Origin: Euryarchaeota archaeon UBA39
GTDB taxonomy: Archaea; Thermoplasmatota; Poseidoniia; Poseidoniales; Thalassarchaeaceae
NCBI GenBank assembly: GCA_002503045.1
Contig: DAQW01000008.1
Location: 1-37,931, forward strand
Reading direction: 5' to 3'
DNA length: 37,931 nt
Below the pieces are notes generated by a model. That model was not told the origin of the DNA, did not search any database, and worked only from the letters and a program-made list of their open reading frames with translations. The position numbers and the translations under genes are program-made. Of this stretch, positions 17,231 through 25,318 are shown piece after piece; the first letter of the stretch is position 1; every line of letters begins with the position of its first letter.

Positions 17231-17244
17231 TCGCAGCGCTGCGA
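17231..17244. repeat. GC-rich 14-bp perfect palindrome TCGCAGCGCTGCGA in the rps15 leader/promoter, abutting the Shine-Dalgarno-like GAGGAG
   Basis: Verified base by base as self-complementary. It lies in a 70-nt spacer of an otherwise AT-leaning genome. Its last two bases overlap GAGGAG (17243-17248), which sits 8 nt before ATG 17257. Confidence 0.6.
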
Positions 17245-17256
17245 GGAGTGGTATCG

Positions 17257-17712
17257 ATGGGTCGAATGCATGCGTCAGGACGTGGTCGTAGTGGATCTAG
17301 TAAGCCATTTGTTGACTCGGCTCCAGAGTGGTCAAACACAGACAAATCTGCTGTTGAGGAGACCATTGTTGAACTTGCTCGAAAGGGACATACTACTGCT
17401 CAGATTGGTCTTATTCTTAGAGATCAACATGCTGTGCCAAATGTTAGGTTACTTTTAGGCGAGAGAATCGGACAGGTATTAGCAAGAAACGAAGTCTCTC
17501 CAGCAATCCCTGAAGATTTGATGAATTTGATGAGAAAGGCTTTGAAGATGTTAGACCATCTTAACTCAAACAGAAAGGATCTCCACAACCGTCGTCAACT
17601 CGAACTAGTCGAATCTAGAATTCGTAGGCTCTCAAGATATCTCAAAGGTACAGGTGCTTTAGATTCCGAATGGACATACAAGCGAGATCAACTCCGTCTT
17701 GCTGTGAATTGA
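17257..17712 (+). CDS. rps15: 30S ribosomal protein uS15 (archaeal S15P/S13e type)
   Basis: MGRMHASGRGRSGSSKPF is the archaeal S15 N-terminus. The C-terminal part HNRRQLELVESRIRRLSRYLK is the conserved S15 helix. I prefer ATG 17257 to the GTG at 17248 because of the SD spacing. Confidence 0.93.
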   Translation: MGRMHASGRGRSGSSKPFVDSAPEWSNTDKSAVEETIVELARKGHTTAQIGLILRDQHAVPNVRLLLGERIGQVLARNEVSPAIPEDLMNLMRKALKMLDHLNSNRKDLHNRRQLELVESRIRRLSRYLKGTGALDSEWTYKRDQLRLAVN

Positions 17713-17755
17713 TCTGAATAGTATAGGTCTTGAACCTCCATGTGGGTCTAGATTC

Positions 17756-18622
17756 ATGACGCGCCTAGTTGACTTGGAACCTTTTTCCGGTCAATCATTA
17801 GCAATTCGTACTGCTGCGAGGCATATTTTGGATAATCCGGGATGTTCTGTTACCTTGCGGGCTCCACTTACAATTTCAGGATGTATTGCACTATCAATGG
17901 TTGAATCAGCATTGGTAGATTTAGGTCGACCATATAGTCGTCGTTTTTCTCCATCTTCTGTTGATAAGTCAAATATTCTAATTGACGTAATAGATGGCCA
18001 TGATGCAGAAACTGTTTGGAATGATATGGATTCTACACTTTCTATTAATTCTGCTACTGTACATGCCTTAGATGGACATAGAGGAGATGAAAGGCATGGG
18101 CGTCTTTCTCCAGTTGCTATTTCTGCATCTTTAATGGAAGAATTAGCACCTGATGGAAAAAGAAGTCTCAGGTTACTTCCATTCTCAATTGCAGGTAATT
18201 GGTTACATGATGCTATGGATCAAACTTACGACCCAGTTTTCACAATTATTCGTGATTATTTGCAAGAACGTGGCAGTATCATTGTTGTTCCATTACCTGA
18301 AGTCCCTGACCCTTCAATTGAGATGTTACCTGGATTAGATCCATTTCTACTTGAAGGTCTAACACTAGGGTGGAATAAGATGGATTTAGAAGATCGAGCG
18401 CGTTCTCTTTCTACCTATCTTTTGCCTTTACTTTCTCTGAATCGCCCCTCTACTCCTCGTATTGAAGAATTAGGATGGCATCGAATTCTTGCTCCCGATT
18501 GGTCAAGAGACCTTGCGTCTCAACTCCATGACATTTCAGATGAATGGAGTCGATCTGATGAGATTCGATTATTTGCTAGTAGGACCGTAGATGGATTGGT
18601 CAGAACTGGAAGATTTGAATAA
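17756..18622 (+). CDS. Hypothetical protein; probably a degenerate, likely catalytically inactive DHH-domain (RecJ/Cdc45/GAN-like) protein
   Basis: The layout matches the DHH fold. Helix AIRTAARHIL and strand CSVTL are followed by RAPLTISG where DHH motif I (DxDG) should be, so both Asp are lost. ILIDVIDG resembles motif II. VHALDGHRG resembles motif III with DHH changed to DGH. SIAGNWLHD resembles motif IV. No clear DHHA1 GGGH. The CDS call is solid; the family assignment is tentative. Confidence 0.5.
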   Translation: MTRLVDLEPFSGQSLAIRTAARHILDNPGCSVTLRAPLTISGCIALSMVESALVDLGRPYSRRFSPSSVDKSNILIDVIDGHDAETVWNDMDSTLSINSATVHALDGHRGDERHGRLSPVAISASLMEELAPDGKRSLRLLPFSIAGNWLHDAMDQTYDPVFTIIRDYLQERGSIIVVPLPEVPDPSIEMLPGLDPFLLEGLTLGWNKMDLEDRARSLSTYLLPLLSLNRPSTPRIEELGWHRILAPDWSRDLASQLHDISDEWSRSDEIRLFASRTVDGLVRTGRFE

Positions 18623-18630
18623 TTATTCAA
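18615..18630. repeat. Perfect 16-bp palindrome TTGAATAATTATTCAA centred exactly on the junction of two convergent stop codons
   Basis: The plus gene ends TTT GAA TAA (stop 18620-18622). The minus gene ends ATT GAA TAA (stop 18623-18625). The symmetry centre lies between 18622 and 18623. Confidence 0.6.
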
Positions 18631-20644
18631 TCAGGAGTATTCTTCCACAGCCTCCACAAGGTAGTCGAAGTGGACGTTCATTAGATGGAATAGGATTAGT
18701 TTGTTTGCAAATCGGGCAATCAATAACTGGAATTTTTTTATTCGGAATATCTCCTACCCCCTCAATTCTGTGACGGGGTGAGATGAAGATGATGATTAGT
18801 GAAAGAACGAAAGTACCAATGCCTGCGCCTAATACTAACCCCATTCTAATTCCCATAGTGTATAGGGTCACAAGAACAGCTATTGAAAGAATCAACCAAA
18901 ATATTGAGGGGGATCTTGATTTGTTTCTAGTTCCTTTAATTGATACAGTTCCACTAATAATTAGGATGATTAACACTAGGAACAATCCCGTCAATGGTCC
19001 ATCAATAAACGAGGTTGCAGGAGTAATTGTGACTCTAAAATCATCAATTCTTTCTTCCGAAGTAAATGAAACTCGGACATTTTCTGTAATTCCTATACGA
19101 AGATGGGTTGAATCAATCTCTTCAGAGTATACATTTGAAATTCCTTGTAAGGGATTTGTAGAAAGTGTAGCATCTAAACTTACCTTCGTCCAATATGTTT
19201 GAGATTGAGAACGAACGAATGATTCAATGAAAACGAAAGAACCAGAATCAAGAACAGTACTAGATCGAATAGTGATTGTAATTGGTTCAGGTCCGAATGA
19301 ATTTTGTCCATTCATATCAATTTCAATATCTAAGGCTCCTTCTAGGTCAAATGGATCACCTCCTAGAATTGACTTGGATTCTAATGCTAGCCCCCTATCG
19401 ATGAAATCGGCTAAATCTCGAGAACTCCCAGTTAGGTAATTCTCAAGAATATCAAGTTCTGAATCGTCTACAACGCGATTATTCAAACTATCAGCGCCAA
19501 CAATAGATCCCGAATCTCCTAGTTCTCTCCACCATGATGTTGAGTCAAGACTGTCGTTACCAATGTTATCCAATCCCCATCGAATCCATGTAGATACAGC
19601 GCCCTCAATCTCTAACTTGCTCGTTCTTTCAAGTCGATCATCAACTTGATTCACGACGATATCTAGGTGTAAATCGGTGCCTCCTGTTCTTACGGGCTCG
19701 TTAGAAGGATACCAACCATCACCATCACTTGAGCTACCATCTAATGTCAATTCATGACTGAGTTCAGCCTGAATTATTACTCCTTCTTGAGGTTTTAGTG
19801 TAATGTTGAATGTGTAACTTCCTGATTCTGCATTATCTGGATGTGTCCAGATGTATACTACTTCTACTCCTGTTGACGTAGTGCTAACATATGGATTTCC
19901 TGGAATTTCATTGCCTAGGACTTTAGCAGTCAAAGTTTCTGCAATAGCGAGTTCATCTCCGAATTCAGAATGAAATCTCACAGGAAAGTATACTTGATTT
20001 CCATCTACATTTGGCTCCATCATTTCTATATCAAGTAGAGGTGAGTTCAGAACTAATCCACTATTTGAGTCTGTATCACCCCACATTATCATAGCCTTGG
20101 AGTCATCATCTGGATTAGTCCAAATTACTCCTCCGTTGTTAAACAAAGAAACTGTAATTTTCTCACCTCGAGATACCGATATTTCATCCACTTCTACTTC
20201 GATGCAGAATGTTCCCTCTCTACCTGGCTGGAATGGGATCCCAGCGTGTCCTCCTTGTGATGCCGTGAATGTCTCGCCCCCAACTTCGACTTCTGTAGAA
20301 AAATTAGCTGCACCGGTAGAACCGCCTTCTGCTCGGTAATCAGTGCAAACTTCCCACGTACCTGAAGGAATGATTCCATTAATTCCAATCACGGATTCAA
20401 ATTGGGCCATTCGTTGTTTTTCAACGCCTTGGTATGTAATCTCCAATTCATAATTTTGATTTTTTGAAGATTCAGAAGGTGACATTGAACCGGTTTTTGT
20501 ATTATCTGACTCTCCTATGAAGAACATTACATGTTCTAGAGGCCCTTGATGTACCGTGGCCTGTTCTGCTGAAATATTTTGAACCGGAAACATCGAAATC
20601 AGGAAAATGAATAGAATAGTGAGAACCAGACTTCCCCGTTTCAT
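18623..20644 (-). CDS. Surface protein (673 aa) with signal peptide, large ectodomain, three C-terminal TM helices and a cytoplasmic zinc ribbon
   Basis: Signal peptide MKRGSLVLTILFIFLISMFPVQNISA. The TMs are at aa 551-569, 581-599 and 603-621. CPICKQTNPIPSNERPLRLPCGGC (18647-18718) is a CxxC-N17-CxxC ribbon. The odd TM count puts the ribbon inside the cell. Confidence 0.75.
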   Translation of the reverse strand: MKRGSLVLTILFIFLISMFPVQNISAEQATVHQGPLEHVMFFIGESDNTKTGSMSPSESSKNQNYELEITYQGVEKQRMAQFESVIGINGIIPSGTWEVCTDYRAEGGSTGAANFSTEVEVGGETFTASQGGHAGIPFQPGREGTFCIEVEVDEISVSRGEKITVSLFNNGGVIWTNPDDDSKAMIMWGDTDSNSGLVLNSPLLDIEMMEPNVDGNQVYFPVRFHSEFGDELAIAETLTAKVLGNEIPGNPYVSTTSTGVEVVYIWTHPDNAESGSYTFNITLKPQEGVIIQAELSHELTLDGSSSDGDGWYPSNEPVRTGGTDLHLDIVVNQVDDRLERTSKLEIEGAVSTWIRWGLDNIGNDSLDSTSWWRELGDSGSIVGADSLNNRVVDDSELDILENYLTGSSRDLADFIDRGLALESKSILGGDPFDLEGALDIEIDMNGQNSFGPEPITITIRSSTVLDSGSFVFIESFVRSQSQTYWTKVSLDATLSTNPLQGISNVYSEEIDSTHLRIGITENVRVSFTSEERIDDFRVTITPATSFIDGPLTGLFLVLIILIISGTVSIKGTRNKSRSPSIFWLILSIAVLVTLYTMGIRMGLVLGAGIGTFVLSLIIIFISPRHRIEGVGDIPNKKIPVIDCPICKQTNPIPSNERPLRLPCGGCGRILLIE

Positions 20645-20687
20645 GTGTGTGCCACCCGTCTAAAGTCCTTGAATCCAACGCCATAAT

Positions 20688-22415
20688 TTATTCATGCAGA
20701 TAGACAAGTTTGATTTCCGAATTTTCGGAAATTTCAGTAATTCTAGCAAATCCTACTCGTTCTAGTTGTAGAACATCACCGACTGTGTATTTTCCTAGTT
20801 CAATCATTCCTTTTTGATTATTGATTTCGTCTCCTTCGGGTATAGAAAGAGTAGCTGGTTGAACATGATCTTTGAGTAGCCAATGTACAATAGGTCTTCG
20901 ATCTGAACGTTGAAAACCATCTGTTTCAAGTATCTCATTACTCCAGTTGACGTTAGAAAATTCTTTGAGTCTAAATTCGTCACTAATATCTTCAGTTTCT
21001 ACTAGTATCTTGTCTCCATCTTTAGGTGCAGGCCAAATCCGATTTCCCATGGCTGAATTATCTGGATGACTTGGGATTAGAAGTTCTTCAGTGGGCCATT
21101 TTTCACCCATATTAAGTGTCAGTGTAGTATGTTTTCCACTTACAAAAGAAACTCTCCGAGTTGTCTTTTCAATTACTTTTGAATTATGGGACTCTATACT
21201 TTTCATTGATACCGAAATATCCTTTTGATTTAATCCAAGTTCAATCCAAAAAGCACGTAAAGCATCCGGAGAAAAACCACGTTCCCGTAATGCTGCAATA
21301 GTTGGTAGACGAGGGTCATTCCAACCAGTGAATTTTCCATCTAAGATGTCGGCTTTCATTCCACTTGTTGAAAACCCTCCGAATTCATGGACTTTGACCC
21401 TCCCCCAATACATTGTTTCAGGGTATTTCCATCCTCGTAATTCGTAAAGTAATGTCTGCTTTCGTGTAGAATCCATCAAATCCTTTCCACGAATAATATG
21501 TGTGACCCCCTGCAGATAATCTTCGATAGCAGATTGGTAATCCAATAATGGCCAAACACGGTAAGTTGTGCCAACTCTAGGGTGCTCAGATGTTTGAATT
21601 CTTAGAGCCGGCCAATCTCGAAGAGCAGGATTTGGGAGTGATAAATCGGTTTTGATCCGTACTACTGCTGCTCCATCATCCCAACCTCCATTTGGATCAT
21701 TCATTCGATTCCACCTTTCATGATGTGTGGATGCGTCAAGATTTCTACAAGGGCATGTCTCCTTTGAATCTCTTAAAATCTTGAATTCTTCTGCAGTACA
21801 GGTACAAACATACGAATTCTGTTTCAGTATATCTTCTTCAGCATGTTGTAGATATATTTCCATTCTATCAGATGCAAAAACAATCCGTTCTGGAGTCTTA
21901 CCAGTTAACCATTCATATTCCTCTTCAATTTGCTTATACGCCCAAATCTCAGGGGGTTTTCGTTTGGTATCAGTATCATCGAACCTTAGAATCACTTCTC
22001 CGTCATACATTTTAGAATATTCACTGTTGATGATTACTCCTCGACTATGTCCTAATGTCATTGGACCATTTGGATTTGGAGCAAATCGTAAGATTACTTT
22101 GTCTGTTTTTTCTAAAGGTTTGAGTCCTTCTCTACGTTCTTTTACTCTTTTTTCCAGGGCTTCTGGAGCTTCTTCTGAAAGTAATTGTCTAATGTGATCC
22201 AAACCTTTCTCATTAGCAATTTTATTTGCTTCTTCTACAGCGGGTTGGATTTGTGAAACGAGTTCTCTTGCATGTGGTTTTAGGTTAGGATGAGCTCCGA
22301 AGATTCTTCCCAAAACTGATTTCATTTCTCCTGCTCCTTCATACTCAAGAGCATTTTGAAGAGAAAAGGTTCTGATTGCCTTAACAATTTCAGGCTGATC
22401 AACTGGACTGGGCAT
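20688..22415 (-). CDS. gltX: Glutamyl-tRNA synthetase, archaeal/eukaryal type
   Basis: RFAPNPNGPMTLGHSRG is the class I HIGH region. IIRGKDLMDSTRKQ, WGRVKVHEFGGFSTSGMK and the WNDPRLPTIAALRERG block are characteristic of archaeal GluRS. The ORF-track start at 22424 is TTG; the ATG at 22415 (MPSPVDQ) is preferred. Confidence 0.93.
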   Translation of the reverse strand: MPSPVDQPEIVKAIRTFSLQNALEYEGAGEMKSVLGRIFGAHPNLKPHARELVSQIQPAVEEANKIANEKGLDHIRQLLSEEAPEALEKRVKERREGLKPLEKTDKVILRFAPNPNGPMTLGHSRGVIINSEYSKMYDGEVILRFDDTDTKRKPPEIWAYKQIEEEYEWLTGKTPERIVFASDRMEIYLQHAEEDILKQNSYVCTCTAEEFKILRDSKETCPCRNLDASTHHERWNRMNDPNGGWDDGAAVVRIKTDLSLPNPALRDWPALRIQTSEHPRVGTTYRVWPLLDYQSAIEDYLQGVTHIIRGKDLMDSTRKQTLLYELRGWKYPETMYWGRVKVHEFGGFSTSGMKADILDGKFTGWNDPRLPTIAALRERGFSPDALRAFWIELGLNQKDISVSMKSIESHNSKVIEKTTRRVSFVSGKHTTLTLNMGEKWPTEELLIPSHPDNSAMGNRIWPAPKDGDKILVETEDISDEFRLKEFSNVNWSNEILETDGFQRSDRRPIVHWLLKDHVQPATLSIPEGDEINNQKGMIELGKYTVGDVLQLERVGFARITEISENSEIKLVYLHE

Positions 22416-22460
22416 GATATTCAAGTGAGGCTGAGAGGCGCTTACTCTTACATTTGCCGA

Positions 22461-23189
22461 TTACCAGGAGTCTAAAGATGTCTGTCCTTCAACATTTTCA
22501 GATTTACGAGGCCTAAGCGGAAGTTTTCCCTTTCCCGCTTCAACCCATGCCCGTTTTACTGTGGCCCATGACCATCTAAGATGTATGTATGGCAAATCTT
22601 CTGAAATTAAGACAGGAATTACTTTCTTTGTTTTTGGATCAGACGGATATCCTGAACCAATCTCTAATCCACATTCTTTTGATATTCGTTCTATTTCTAA
22701 ATCTCTATGCACTTTTGCAAGAATAGATGCTGCACCTACAATTAGATGTTTGGCGTCTGCTTTATGTTCAGAAATTAATGTTGTATTTTTAGAGAATGAC
22801 TCGACTTTATTTGTTACATTTCTCCCAAATCTCTCTTCGTTTACGTCACATGCATCTAAAATTAGTTTGGTGATATTATGTGCTCCAATTTCTTGTATAG
22901 ATTTGGCAAATAATTTGACCTCTATCGAATTAAGATTTTCATATTCCATTGCTCTATCTATTTGTTCTGCTGAGAACTCAACAATCGAATACTTCCAATT
23001 TTTTTGTGTTAAAATTTTGTTTCGAATTTCTAATCTCTTTGTTGCAGAAAGTACCTTTGAGTCGTTAACTCCGAATTCACTGAGTATTTCTATTTCAGAT
23101 TCCGGAATTGCTAGTGACGCAACAACAAGAGGTCCAATCACCGGGCCTCTACCTGCCTCGTCAACTCCACCAATCATGATTCTGTTCAT
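22461..23189 (-). CDS. rnhB: Ribonuclease HII
   Basis: The active-site motif GVDEAGRGPVIGPLVVA is present, together with DSKVLS and GSGYPSDP. The start ATG overlaps the stop of the upstream gene (ATGA at 23186-23189). Confidence 0.95.
   Translation of the reverse strand: MNRIMIGGVDEAGRGPVIGPLVVASLAIPESEIEILSEFGVNDSKVLSATKRLEIRNKILTQKNWKYSIVEFSAEQIDRAMEYENLNSIEVKLFAKSIQEIGAHNITKLILDACDVNEERFGRNVTNKVESFSKNTTLISEHKADAKHLIVGAASILAKVHRDLEIERISKECGLEIGSGYPSDPKTKKVIPVLISEDLPYIHLRWSWATVKRAWVEAGKGKLPLRPRKSENVEGQTSLDSW
22464..22484 (-). other. C-terminal PCNA-interacting peptide (PIP box) of RNase HII
   Basis: The last seven residues QTSLDSW fit Qxx[LIM]xx[FYW] at the extreme C-terminus, the position where archaeal RNase HII carries its PIP motif. 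Confidence 0.6.
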
Positions 23190-25270
23190 AGGTCTAGGTC
23201 AAAATCGGTATCGGTCAAATTTTCTGTTTCTGTTGTTTTACCTATTGTTTTGGTAGGATTGATATCTGCAGAACTAACTTTAGTTTTCTTTTCCAATTGA
23301 TTTGATGGCATTAATGTTTCACCTAGAGTCTTCTTAGTGCTATCTCCAATAAGTCCTAAGGCCAATAAATCGGCTTCTTTTAGATTTTCTTCCTTTGTAT
23401 GGTAGTCAAGTACATTGGTAGCGGCACTTACATTTTTTGTGTTGTTTACGATGTTTTCATTTTCTTTTTTTGTTTCAAATTTCTTTGTCCAATCTTCGAC
23501 CTTTTCAACTGGTTTAATTACTATTTTTTCCTTTAATTTCTTCATATCTTCTTGTCGTTTAATTAAAGCACGATTCAACATAATTGAGCCTATTGCAACA
23601 ACAACTAATGTGAGAATAAGACCATTCCATTCTGAAAGAAATGAAATTCCTGATTCTAATAATTGAGAAAATACAGTTGGTTCATTTTCGTTTTCATCAA
23701 TAATATAATCTTCACCTAGGTATTCTATATCTTCATAAATTGAGAAATTAATACTCGGATCCAATATGCTATGAGCCATAACCTCAAGTCTAGCTGTGCC
23801 GTTCATTTCTAATCCTGTAGGCGTAGTTGCAAATGCCATGAAAGAGATTTTTTGGTTTGGTTCGATATCTCTCAATTCGAAGAATCTGATATTTTCTGTA
23901 GAATCATAAATTGAATTGGAGGGGGGAATTAGCCCGAAATTTGATGTTACATTCATGTCAAGCGAAATCATCATTCCATCTAGGTCATTTCCAGTGTTTT
24001 GAAATGATAATGTAATTGTACAATTGTTGTTTTCAAGAATTGCCTCTTGACTATCAAGTTCCCAACTAATTATTGAATCAACATCGATAGAGTATTTTTC
24101 TATAGCAATTAATTCCCCTGCTATGAATGCCCCAATAGAGATTTCTCCACTTGTTCTAGCCATTGTTCCATTCAAAATTTCGATTGCAAGATCTATATTG
24201 TTGACGTTTTCTCCTTTTGCTAGAGAGATTTGAGATGATCCTAATTTTACGTCGGACCAAATCGGATTAGAAAGAACTTGAAGTTCAACAATGTCGTTAT
24301 AATTCCCTGTATTTGTTATTGATAAATTCTCATGGCAAGAGGGGGAATTCGATGTGGTCGAAGGCTTCAAAGATTCACATTTTTTATCTCCATCAAAATT
24401 AATTGAAACCCCTCGAATTCGATTTATTGAAGCGGATTGATTTACAGTTAAGATTTCTAATGGCTCAAATTCATTGAATGCACTAATGCGAATATCCATT
24501 TCACCTGAATCAGTATATGGGGCTGCATATTCTATTAGGATGACTCCTGAACCATTAGCAGGTAGATTTTCAATTTTGTAAAGATCAAATGTTCCTACTG
24601 TCCATCCATCAAAAGTGAATGATTGGTCAGGAATTGTTCCGTCGACTGGTAGGCCGGATTGTAACATTGGTTGGACTTTGATTACTAAATTTGCATTATG
24701 GTTTCCAACATTACGTAAGGATACTGGGAGAAGGACTTTCTGTCCAGGTTCTACTGTTGCAAAATTTTGATGTGAATCAATTGAAATTCCTGAAACTGCA
24801 GTAACCTCTATTGTGAAATTCCAATATGATTCATATCCATCAATCTGACTTTTTGCTTTGACAGAAATAGGATGTTTACTTCCTGCTAGAGGTGCGCCGT
24901 TTTCAACAATTGGAACATCTACTCTGAATTGTATCCATACTAATTCATTCGAAGCAATAGTGATATTTTCTCCAATAGTCGGATCAGAAATTCTTGGCCA
25001 AACTATATTCCATCCTGAAGATGAAGTAATGCTAATATTAGCAGAATCAGAGATTGTTGCATTGTTCGTAATATTTACTAGAATATTTGTTCCAACTCCT
25101 GGCTCAATTACGAAATTAGAACCAGATGTGCTGCCAAATGAAAGATGACTTGTTTGTTCTATTGAATTACTTGTTACTTCTGATTCTAAAGGCTCTATTG
25201 TAATCAACAAAGAAGAGGAAAATAATATGATAATTGAGAGGGCGACAAGACGTGAAGTCGCTCCATGCAT
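23186..25270 (-). CDS. Surface protein (694 aa) with COG1470/NEW3/CARDB-like beta-sandwich repeats, a single C-terminal TM and a 124-aa Lys/Glu-rich cytoplasmic tail
   Basis: Signal peptide MHGATSRLVALSIIILFSSSLL. Repeated strand motifs typical of S-layer-like NEW3/CARDB domains (VEPGQKVLLPVSLRNVGNHNANLVIKV, NLSITNTGNYNDIVELQV, TITLSFQNTGNDLDGMMISL). TM is ILTLVVVAIGSIMLNRALI. The tail ends with acidic DTDFDLDL. Confidence 0.75.
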   Translation of the reverse strand: MHGATSRLVALSIIILFSSSLLITIEPLESEVTSNSIEQTSHLSFGSTSGSNFVIEPGVGTNILVNITNNATISDSANISITSSSGWNIVWPRISDPTIGENITIASNELVWIQFRVDVPIVENGAPLAGSKHPISVKAKSQIDGYESYWNFTIEVTAVSGISIDSHQNFATVEPGQKVLLPVSLRNVGNHNANLVIKVQPMLQSGLPVDGTIPDQSFTFDGWTVGTFDLYKIENLPANGSGVILIEYAAPYTDSGEMDIRISAFNEFEPLEILTVNQSASINRIRGVSINFDGDKKCESLKPSTTSNSPSCHENLSITNTGNYNDIVELQVLSNPIWSDVKLGSSQISLAKGENVNNIDLAIEILNGTMARTSGEISIGAFIAGELIAIEKYSIDVDSIISWELDSQEAILENNNCTITLSFQNTGNDLDGMMISLDMNVTSNFGLIPPSNSIYDSTENIRFFELRDIEPNQKISFMAFATTPTGLEMNGTARLEVMAHSILDPSINFSIYEDIEYLGEDYIIDENENEPTVFSQLLESGISFLSEWNGLILTLVVVAIGSIMLNRALIKRQEDMKKLKEKIVIKPVEKVEDWTKKFETKKENENIVNNTKNVSAATNVLDYHTKEENLKEADLLALGLIGDSTKKTLGETLMPSNQLEKKTKVSSADINPTKTIGKTTETENLTDTDFDLDL

Positions 25271-25318
25271 GATGTCTCCCCAATATCTAGAGGTTTAATT
25301 CGTTGTATTTGGCGTTCA

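Noticed and set aside
19427-19492. Dockerin/EF-hand-like segment ADSLNNRVVDDSELDILENYLTG in the ectodomain of the 673-aa protein.
   Set aside because: The F-helix part (ELDILENYLTG) resembles dockerin repeats, but the loop fails the EF consensus (Leu at ligand position 3, no Gly at 6), and there is only one copy. It is too degenerate to call without a profile search.
18783-20339. Several 70-140-aa plus-strand ORFs inside the 673-aa surface-protein gene.
   Set aside because: All are antisense to a continuous 2-kb ORF with signal peptide and TM anchors. Their translations are Ser/Pro/Ile-rich with no motifs.
22561-23256. 231-aa ORF on the plus strand covering almost the entire rnhB gene in antisense.
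   Set aside because: The translation is low-complexity (Ser/Phe/Ile/Leu-rich) with no recognisable motif, while the minus strand encodes a textbook RNase HII. Long antisense ORFs are expected by chance in AT-leaning genomes when the sense codon bias depletes stops in the mirror frame.
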